Source of the DNA: an uncultured bacterium
Lineage (GTDB): Bacteria; Muiribacteriota; Ozemobacteria; Ozemobacterales; Ozemobacteraceae
DNA: 41,761 nt
Direction of reading: 5' to 3'
Assembly (NCBI GenBank): GCA_964613435.1
Contig: CAZTHA010000002.1
Location: 1-41,761 of the forward strand
Shown here: positions 1-6,213 of the stretch, in pieces
How positions within the stretch are numbered: the first letter of the stretch is position 1
How the letters are laid out: every line of letters begins with the position of its first letter
Notes under the pieces: model-generated
The model's input: the letters and a program-made list of their open reading frames with translations, nothing else
Told to the model about the DNA's origin: nothing
Database searches by the model: none
Translations under genes and position numbers: made by a program

Positions 1-597
1 GCAAACCGGATGCTTGGACGAGCAGATGATGATTTCTGAGCCTTTTACGGCGGTTCCGCAGTTGGCGCAGTTCATGATGCTGTTTTCATCTATTTTCTCT
101 GCCTGGGTTTCGGACAATACTTTGTCGCTGGCGCTGTAATAAGATGAAAAGTCGAATGTATCTATGGGAAACCTGCTGCCATTTTGACTGGCCCACTTGG
201 CCGCCTCGCCATTGAGGGGGCTTTTCAGGTTATAACTCTGGTAGGAAAGCATTTCGCCGATGCGCACGATGAGATTGGGAAGAGATTCCCCAGCTGCCCA
301 GTGGTCACCGATGCAGATGGCATGGGGAGCAATGTTGGGATGAAATACCGGCGTAAGCATTCGGCACTGGGGTGGTTGACGGGGATAAGAAGCCGAAAGA
401 TAGATTTCGGCAATATGGTTGTTTTTTACCTTAACGGAGCCGTCAGGGTTCATTACCAGGCTGTTGACCAGAAATTCGATCTGATACTTTTCAGGCGGAT
501 GACCGGTGGCAGCTTTGATGTGAATGCGACTTTCCTCATTGAAGGTAGCAACAATTTTTTCGTAGTCTGACTGTAGACGTCGGTGTCTTATACTCAT
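1..597 (-). CDS. Ubiquitin-conjugating enzyme (E2/UBC-fold) homolog with C-terminal Cys-rich zinc module; C-terminus runs off the window
   Basis: Absent from the ORF track because there is no stop inside the window. Hand translation of the minus strand from ATG 597..595 stays open for all 199 codons to base 1: MSIRHRRLQSDYEKIVATF...EIYLSASYPRQPPQCRMLTPVFHPNIAPHAICIGDHWAAGESLPNLIVRIGEMLSYQSYNLKSPLNGEAAKW... UBC landmarks present: N-terminal RLQxDY helix, YPxxPP, HPN triad (334..342) and a Cys 9 residues after the His (Cys95, 313..315). From aa 177, CANCGTAVKGSEIIICSSKHPVC repeats the CxxC-x11/12-C opening of the zinc fingers in the two upstream genes. ATGA overlap with the preceding gene (594..597). 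Confidence 0.85.
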   Translation of the reverse strand, partial: MSIRHRRLQSDYEKIVATFNEESRIHIKAATGHPPEKYQIEFLVNSLVMNPDGSVKVKNNHIAEIYLSASYPRQPPQCRMLTPVFHPNIAPHAICIGDHWAAGESLPNLIVRIGEMLSYQSYNLKSPLNGEAAKWASQNGSRFPIDTFDFSSYYSASDKVLSETQAEKIDENSIMNCANCGTAVKGSEIIICSSKHPVC

Positions 598-1931
598 CGG
601 TTAGGTTCCTTTTCAGCCAGCTGGCCGGCTCCTGAAAGGGCAAGCAGTTCAAGCCATTCTGGTTCGAGCAGCTGGAAAAATTCATCAATTGCAATTGAAA
701 AGTTTAGGCCTTCAGTGGCGGTTTTGGCATATATCCAGGTGTTTACTCCGATCAGGTACCCTTCGAGGTCATAGAGCCCGCCACCGGAATTGCCGTGATT
801 GAGCGGAGTCTGCATCTGAACGACGGTTATTTCTCTTGAACCATGTCGATTTTTGCGCAGGGCAGAAATCACGCCATCGGTGTATGTCCAGTTCAGGCCG
901 ATAGGATTACCGATGGCAAATACTCTTTGTCCCATTGTAAGCGCGCGGCCTTGCTGGTATTTCAGCTGAGGAACGAACCCGTTGGGGGTGCTCACTCTGA
1001 TCAAGGCCAGATCAATTTCATCTGGTGCCAGCCAAACCGGGGTTGCCCCCGTGGTTTCGCCGGAGTAAAAGGTCACTTCGACGTTGCCGGCCTTTGCTTT
1101 CAGCTCTTCAAGAGATTTTACCCGGGTTCCGAGGGTGAGCACATGGGCGTTGGTCAAAATGTAAGTGAAGGCGTCGCGGTTACAAAGGGCTATTCCTGAA
1201 CCCATGCCCATTCTAAAGCCACTGCCGGCTTTGATGTGAACATTTGCCATCAGCGGGCCTTTGATGGCAGGGGCCGCTGTGCGAATTGCTTCGCCAATTT
1301 GTTTCATATCCGGTTTGAATTGTTCGCCCTGTTCGGTTTCGGGGTTCATCAGGGGATAAAGGGTGAGCAACAGAGCGATAATGGCGCTGCCCATTCCGGC
1401 AAAAGACAGAGGCAGGCCTTTACTGGTGCTGTTATTTTGAAAGGTTGCGATTGAAATCGCGCCGACCAGGACTGAAACCAGACAACCGCCAAGAGAAAGC
1501 AGAAAGACTGCCGTCTGGTATTCGGAGACCTTTTCGGTCGAAAAATTGACGAGGCTTACTGCAAGGGTACCCAGGCCGATAACCAGGGCAAAAATCGCCA
1601 GGGGTGACCAGGTCAGCTTTTGTTGCTGCTGAATCTCATCAGCAATGGCCGCGGTACCATATCTGCTGTTGGCCGGAACCTCTTTAAGATTTTCAAGGTC
1701 AGCTTTGGTAATAACGATATCAGCGGAGCCACCGGTAATTGGGGCGGAACTGCCGGCCCGGCAATGATAGCTGCCGCAACCGCATCTTTGCCAGCAGATT
1801 TCGTGGTTCATCGCCCCGCATTTGTGACAAATGTAAGCTGCTTCGCCCTCTTTAAGGGGTTGCAGGCACGATGGGCATGCTGTTCCAGCTCTAAGGCCGT
1901 CTACGATAATTCTGTCTCCGTTTGTGTTCAT
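594..1931 (-). CDS. Membrane protein: N-terminal C4HC3 RING/PHD-like zinc finger, 3 predicted TM helices, C-terminal trypsin-like (S1/Trypsin_2) serine protease
   Basis: 445-aa ORF. Finger at aa 19-57: CPSC-x12-CHKC-x4-H-x2-CW-x2-CGCGSYHC. Hydrophobic segments at about aa 108-130, 140-164 and 173-195. Catalytic triad contexts: LTNAHVL (His263, 1143..1145), DLALIRV (Asp307, 1011..1013), GNSGGGLY (Ser382, 786..788). ATGA overlaps at both ends. Confidence 0.85.
   Translation of the reverse strand: MNTNGDRIIVDGLRAGTACPSCLQPLKEGEAAYICHKCGAMNHEICWQRCGCGSYHCRAGSSAPITGGSADIVITKADLENLKEVPANSRYGTAAIADEIQQQQKLTWSPLAIFALVIGLGTLAVSLVNFSTEKVSEYQTAVFLLSLGGCLVSVLVGAISIATFQNNSTSKGLPLSFAGMGSAIIALLLTLYPLMNPETEQGEQFKPDMKQIGEAIRTAAPAIKGPLMANVHIKAGSGFRMGMGSGIALCNRDAFTYILTNAHVLTLGTRVKSLEELKAKAGNVEVTFYSGETTGATPVWLAPDEIDLALIRVSTPNGFVPQLKYQQGRALTMGQRVFAIGNPIGLNWTYTDGVISALRKNRHGSREITVVQMQTPLNHGNSGGGLYDLEGYLIGVNTWIYAKTATEGLNFSIAIDEFFQLLEPEWLELLALSGAGQLAEKEPNR
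1761..1877 (-). other. C4HC3 cross-brace-type zinc finger (RING/PHD-like, candidate prokaryotic RING) module 1
   Basis: Ligand pattern C19-x2-C22-x12-C35-x2-C38-x4-H43-x2-C46-x3-C50-x-C52-x4-C57, with Trp directly after the 6th ligand. Boundary Cys codons checked on the DNA (gca at 1875..1877 and 1761..1763). Confidence 0.65.
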
Positions 1932-2599
1932 TTGAATACCATCGAATAAAGGATGAAAATTACGGCTATCGCTGCCCAGAGAACCGAAATAGCCATTGCC
2001 GCATAAAAAAGAACTTTCAGGGATGGCGGCAGGCGCTTGGCTCTGAAACTCCAGCTATCGGTAAAAGCTGCGATAAGGTTCAACGGCAGCATGATGAAAA
2101 CGAGGCAGCCGATGGTGCTAAAGACAAATTGGGCAATGACCGCTGTTTTTATTCTTCCGAGTTCTTTTTCGTCATAGATTCGGTCTTGCCACTCGACCTT
2201 GGTCATCGGTCGTTCGGTTGGAAAAGTCGCTTTACATACCTTGCAGACAAGGGCATTTGCGATGATGCTCGAACCGCATTCTGGGCATTTTTTTTCGGCA
2301 GTCCAACCTGGGGTGAAAATATCCTCCGGAACTGCTTCCTTGGCGACAGTGACCGGTGCGGCCGCACAACCGTAGGTGCCGCAACCGCCGATTTCCTGCC
2401 AGCAGTCATGGTGGTAGGGCAAAGAACACTCTGGACAGACGACAATGGTGTCGCTCTGCATTATTCCGGTGCCACAGGTCGAGCAGATTTTGCCGATGTG
2501 TTCAGCAGATGGAGAAACTGGACTAACCTGTACTCTTTTGCCAACGTTTACTGGCCGCTGCATTTTTCCGGTTTTACTGCCAGGTTTGAGGGTGTTCAT
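1928..2599 (-). CDS. Membrane protein: C4HC3 RING/PHD-like zinc finger, a second CxxC..CxxC zinc ribbon, 2 C-terminal TM helices
   Basis: 223-aa ORF. Finger at aa 39-78: CSTC-x12-CPEC-x4-HH-x-CW-x5-CGTYGC, paralogous to the finger in 594..1931. Second ribbon: KCPECGSSIIANALVCKVC. Hydrophobic segments at about aa 150-176 and 190-222. ATGA overlaps at both ends. Confidence 0.8.
   Translation of the reverse strand: MNTLKPGSKTGKMQRPVNVGKRVQVSPVSPSAEHIGKICSTCGTGIMQSDTIVVCPECSLPYHHDCWQEIGGCGTYGCAAAPVTVAKEAVPEDIFTPGWTAEKKCPECGSSIIANALVCKVCKATFPTERPMTKVEWQDRIYDEKELGRIKTAVIAQFVFSTIGCLVFIMLPLNLIAAFTDSWSFRAKRLPPSLKVLFYAAMAISVLWAAIAVIFILYSMVFK
2366..2485 (-). other. C4HC3 cross-brace-type zinc finger (RING/PHD-like) module 2
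   Basis: C39-x2-C42-x12-C55-x2-C58-x4-H63-x2-C66-x6-C73-x4-C78, again with CW after the His. Boundary Cys codons checked (gca 2483..2485, aca 2366..2368). Confidence 0.65.
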
Positions 2600-3696
2600 G
2601 ATCTTTCCTTTTGCTGAAACTCAAGCAGACTTTCGCCAATAATGATGACATCGCCTTTTTCAAGAACTTTTCTGGCGACTCTCTGTGAGTTGACAAAAAC
2701 GCCCTGAGGGCTGTTCTTGTCGATAACCTCAAATTTGCTGCCAACCTGTTTGATTTCAGCGTGATGCGGCTCAACGGCGGGATCTTTGAAAATGTAGACA
2801 TCGCATTTTGGTGAGCTGCCGATTATAGTCGGATTGTGGTAGATTACGAATTGTTTGCCTCTGAGTGGGCCAGTTTTCATGATCAACCAGGCGTCTTTGG
2901 TCAGATTCTCGACCAGTCCGGTAAATACTCCGACCATCAAGCCAATGATACAGAATCCGATCATACGGCTGGTACCGCCAGAGTCAGCAAAGCCGAGCTT
3001 CGTAAGTGAAAAGCCAATTGGGTCAAAAAGCAGTCCGCCGAGGAAACCGCCAAGAAGCCCACCGACCATGCCGTTAAGAAGGAGTTTTTTCGATTTCAGG
3101 GCAATGCCGGGTCCAACCCCCATGCCGGCGCCGACTATTGTCCAGGCCATGGCTCTGGCACTGATCAGAACAAAAAGAATGCCAGGGGTAAGGAAGGCCA
3201 GCGGGTCAGCCGGATTCGGTTGCTCTGAGGGCATATTTCTTAGAAAGAACGGCAGACCAAAAGCCTTGACCAGGTTCATCGCAAAACCGCCAATCATGGT
3301 ACCGACAATCCCCCAGACCAAACCAATGCCGACGCCAATTCCGCCACATCGCATGGCCTTGAGAAAGTTTCGCGACATTATGCCTTCGATCAGGCCAACG
3401 AACAGACCTATCATTGCTGGTACCGCGACGAGCATCATTAAAATGCCGGAGCCCCGTTCTTCAGAAGAACCGGGGGAAGTAATGAAGGGCTCGAACAGTG
3501 CCCAGGCAAGAAAAGCCCCGGCTAGTCCAGCTGCTGCCGTATAAAAAACCGGATTCAACCAGAACGCGGTTTCTACCGGGGCTCTTTCGGCGGGGGTAAG
3601 CTGGCGTCGAGCCGCCTGGTGAGCCATAAGCATGTCTTCCACTTTGGGGTCACGCAGATCTCGTTTGGTTATGACAATGGTTTCTTCTTCTGCCAT
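2596..3696 (-). CDS. Polytopic glycine-zipper-rich membrane protein with C-terminal FHA (phosphothreonine-binding) domain
   Basis: The track ORF 2596..3726 begins at a TTG. An in-frame ATG at 3696 is preceded by GAGAGGAAAAAA (good SD), so 3696 is preferred. About 6 TM segments rich in GxxxG runs (GGIGVGIGLVWGIVGTMIGG, GMVGGLLGGFLGGLL). The C-terminal ~85 aa (2617..2874) read GKQFVIYHNPTIIGSSPKCDVYIFKDPAVEPHHAEIKQVGSKFEVIDKNSPQGVFVNSQRV...GDVIIIGESLLEF, a typical FHA pattern (G-R/S...S..H..I...G.....D..S.NG..VN). Confidence 0.8.
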   Translation of the reverse strand: MAEEETIVITKRDLRDPKVEDMLMAHQAARRQLTPAERAPVETAFWLNPVFYTAAAGLAGAFLAWALFEPFITSPGSSEERGSGILMMLVAVPAMIGLFVGLIEGIMSRNFLKAMRCGGIGVGIGLVWGIVGTMIGGFAMNLVKAFGLPFFLRNMPSEQPNPADPLAFLTPGILFVLISARAMAWTIVGAGMGVGPGIALKSKKLLLNGMVGGLLGGFLGGLLFDPIGFSLTKLGFADSGGTSRMIGFCIIGLMVGVFTGLVENLTKDAWLIMKTGPLRGKQFVIYHNPTIIGSSPKCDVYIFKDPAVEPHHAEIKQVGSKFEVIDKNSPQGVFVNSQRVARKVLEKGDVIIIGESLLEFQQKERS

Positions 3697-3722
3697 TTTT
3701 TTCCTCTCTGCCGGTGGGGCCG

Positions 3723-4994
3723 TCAAAACAGCCAGGGCAACTTCTCTTTCAATCCGGGTTCAAGACGCGGGTCGAGTTCGATTATGTGGCGAATTAAAGC
3801 TTTGGCTTCGCCAAGCCGGTTGATGTCAGGTGGCGATGCCGATAGAGCAACCAGATAGGGGGTAAGTTGCACCAGCAGACTTTGCGCAATCGTTTGCCTG
3901 AGCTGTTTCATCAGTTCTTCAGATTTTTCGGTCGTGCGCAGGGGCTGGTTGGTTACTGATTCAAGGGCACTCTGGACTCTTGTGCGGCGCTCAACAGAAG
4001 AAGAGGCGATTTCGTCGAGACGAATCTGCAGGGCGCTGATTTCAGAACTAAGTTCGGCTGTCGCCGAGGCAAACTCACTTGAATTGGTCATCTGCTGATG
4101 AAAGCCGTCGGAAAAAGCCTGCAATTTCCCCTGCAGTTGTCGAAGCTCTTCGGCGGCGGCGGTGTCTGCGGCCCAGGCGCCCAGCAATTCTCGGGTTTCG
4201 GCTCTGGCGGTTTTGATTATTTGATCGGTCAAAGCTCTTTGCAGCAATGTCGTTGCCAGAGAAAAACCGATTAGAAAGGCCAGTGCCAGAGTAAGGTAAC
4301 GATATGTAGATCCTTCTTCACTGGGCGATTCGAGCTTTTCTGACGTTGGCTGGGCCGGAATCGGTTGTTGTGAATAATTGGCCTGAGCCGGGAATTTTTC
4401 GCGAATCTCTTCGCTGCCAACCGCGCCCTGGGTAAGACGGTGCATTTCTTCGCCGACCCAGCAGCGTGACAAAGCCCGGGTTTTGCCTTCGATCCAGGCG
4501 AACAGGCCTTCTTTGGAATTGATTGGATCGATTACCAGCGCTACTTGAAACGGTTGATTGAAAAAATAGTCCTGGATGAATTTGTCCATGTCGGAGAGGA
4601 AAATTCCGAAACCAGGGTGGGTGTGATACCAGCCGACAATTGCCTTGTTTTTAAACTTGGCTTCCATTTCGGCATGAATGTAATCCCAGGTTTCATGAGT
4701 GAATGCAACCTGTGCGCCTTCGTTTCTGGCATGTTTGCCTCGAATGCTACCGCTGATGACCAGATATTTTCCTGAGTCGTCCTGGCAGGTTGTGCCGACG
4801 AGAATGCCGCAAAGCTCTACTGCCACGGTTTCTTTGGCGTGCTCCTGAAGCTCCTGATAAACTGATTTTTCAATTAAAACTCTTGGTTCATCATTGTTCT
4901 GGCCGGGAAAAGGTTTATTCTTTTTCTCGTGGGCATCGTAGCCTTTTTGAAAATCAAGGCCTTCAACTGCGGGCTGGATGTTTTTCTGAGTCAT
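3723..4994 (-). CDS. JAB/MPN (JAMM) metallopeptidase, candidate Ubl-processing/deconjugating enzyme, with a TM helix and C-terminal coiled-coil region
   Basis: JAMM motif E77 (VAVELCG) plus H141-T-H143-PGFGIFL-S151-DM-D154 (4584..4625, codons checked). TM-like segment YRYLTLALAFLIGFSLATTLL, followed by heptad-like, Q/E/L-rich sequence. Start set at ATG 4994 (AGGAAAGG SD upstream, 4 nt after the E1 stop). The track start at 5045 would overlap E1 by 47 nt. Confidence 0.85.
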   Translation of the reverse strand: MTQKNIQPAVEGLDFQKGYDAHEKKNKPFPGQNNDEPRVLIEKSVYQELQEHAKETVAVELCGILVGTTCQDDSGKYLVISGSIRGKHARNEGAQVAFTHETWDYIHAEMEAKFKNKAIVGWYHTHPGFGIFLSDMDKFIQDYFFNQPFQVALVIDPINSKEGLFAWIEGKTRALSRCWVGEEMHRLTQGAVGSEEIREKFPAQANYSQQPIPAQPTSEKLESPSEEGSTYRYLTLALAFLIGFSLATTLLQRALTDQIIKTARAETRELLGAWAADTAAAEELRQLQGKLQAFSDGFHQQMTNSSEFASATAELSSEISALQIRLDEIASSSVERRTRVQSALESVTNQPLRTTEKSEELMKQLRQTIAQSLLVQLTPYLVALSASPPDINRLGEAKALIRHIIELDPRLEPGLKEKLPWLF

Positions 4995-4998
4995 TGTT

Positions 4999-6213
4999 TC
5001 AGCCTTTCCTCGAGAGGGTACCCAGCAGCTTTTCGCGATCGCCATTGAGCAGCCAGGTTTTCTGGTTTTCGCCGTCTCTGCCTAAAAACACGTCGAATGC
5101 CGGAACTCCCAGTTCGGCGAGAGTCATCTGTTGCCAGGGCTCACTGCCATCGAACTGATGCGCCAGAATTGGGAAACGTGGCTTTTTGCAGTTTGGACAG
5201 ATTGCTGCTGACTCCTTGACGTTGCCGAGCGAGGCATGAAATTCAGTTTCAATATTGCATTCGCTACAGGAAAAGCCGGTGAGAACTTCCTGGCGAAGTT
5301 CAAGAACCGCCGATTCACCGAGATCTTTTCGGATTATCTGCAATGCCTGCGCCAGGGACAATTTATCGGCCTGGGCATCGAGTTCGATGATCGGCAGGTA
5401 ACTTTCATGGGAAAAACAATCGGCTTTGCGCTTGTAACTGATCACATCCTGGTAAAAATTGAGGCCTTCGAAGATGTAGCCCTTGCCGGAAATGACTTCC
5501 ATGCCGTGCAAAAGCTTGATCGCTTCCTGACATTGTATTGCGGCGATAACGCTGGCAATGGTCGGAGTGGTCGGGGTTTTTCCAGACATCATCTCTTCTC
5601 GGGTCAGCAGAGTGCAGGATTTACGCGCATTAAGTATTTTCCAGTCGACTTCGCTCATTGTACACTCATAGCACGGGCCATCAGGAGAAAAGGCTCGCGC
5701 GATACCGCTTAGGCCTTCTATTGCTCCATCTATCCAGGTTTTTCCGCAGCGAAAAGAATTCTGGTTAATGGCCAGGCGTGCTTCACGATTATCGAGTCCG
5801 CCAAGGATAACGTCGGCCCAGAGAAAAGCGCCCAGGCCAAGATCGGTGACTGCGTTCAGGCAAAGAGCTTTGATGTTGATCTCGGGAAGGATGTCTCTGG
5901 CTCTTTCTGCAGCAACTTCTGCTTTTTGCCGGCCACGATCGGCTTCACGAAAAAGAATAGATCGCGACAGGTTTGAAGGCTCTATCTGGTCGAAGTCGAC
6001 GACGAGAATATTTCCGATGCCAACCAGGGCGAAATTCTTGATAATTTCATTGCCAAGGGCCCCGGCGCCAATAACCAGTATTTTGGCGGCACTGAGCTTT
6101 TTTTGGTCCCACCAGCGAATCAGTTCAAAACGTGAAAAACGGTTTTCTTCCTGATTTGGGTCGATGTGCAGGATTTCAGGGGCTTTATCGGAATTATTCT
6201 GGTCTGAATTCAT
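4999..6213 (-). CDS. E1-like adenylating enzyme (ThiF/MoeB/UBA superfamily) with C-terminal zinc-ribbon domain
   Basis: 404 aa. Rossmann GxGxxG VIGAGALGNE (6052..6069), VVDFDQIEPSNLSRS, GGLDNREAR, CYEC zinc pair, and a candidate crossover-loop catalytic Cys200 (RKSCTLL, 5614..5616) ahead of TPTTPT. C-terminal CSECN-x17-CPNC ribbon. ATGA overlap with the Ubl gene. Confidence 0.85.
   Translation of the reverse strand: MNSDQNNSDKAPEILHIDPNQEENRFSRFELIRWWDQKKLSAAKILVIGAGALGNEIIKNFALVGIGNILVVDFDQIEPSNLSRSILFREADRGRQKAEVAAERARDILPEINIKALCLNAVTDLGLGAFLWADVILGGLDNREARLAINQNSFRCGKTWIDGAIEGLSGIARAFSPDGPCYECTMSEVDWKILNARKSCTLLTREEMMSGKTPTTPTIASVIAAIQCQEAIKLLHGMEVISGKGYIFEGLNFYQDVISYKRKADCFSHESYLPIIELDAQADKLSLAQALQIIRKDLGESAVLELRQEVLTGFSCSECNIETEFHASLGNVKESAAICPNCKKPRFPILAHQFDGSEPWQQMTLAELGVPAFDVFLGRDGENQKTWLLNGDREKLLGTLSRKG

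Noticed and set aside
184-570. 128-aa plus-strand ORF, the only track ORF covering the left edge
   Set aside because: It lies entirely antisense to the 199-codon minus-strand frame, which carries a clear UBC/E2 signature and an ATGA-coupled start. The plus-strand product has no motif and no SD, so it is a shadow ORF.
2855-3544. 229-aa plus-strand ORF rich in Pro, Ser and Arg
   Set aside because: It is antisense to the Gly/Ala/Leu-rich TM region of the FHA membrane protein. The Pro-rich composition is the expected mirror of GGN/GCN codons. It has no start context.
4995-5045. Upstream ATG at 5045 as the JAB start (track ORF of 440 aa)
   Set aside because: It would overlap the E1 coding end by 47 nt and has no SD. 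ATG 4994 has AGGAAAGG upstream and begins 4 nt after the E1 stop. The longer form cannot be excluded.
5236-6154. Plus-strand ORFs of 158 aa and 128 aa inside the E1 gene
   Set aside because: They are antisense to a gene with unambiguous ThiF/E1 motifs. Low-complexity translation (RASRLSSPPR...) is typical of shadow frames.
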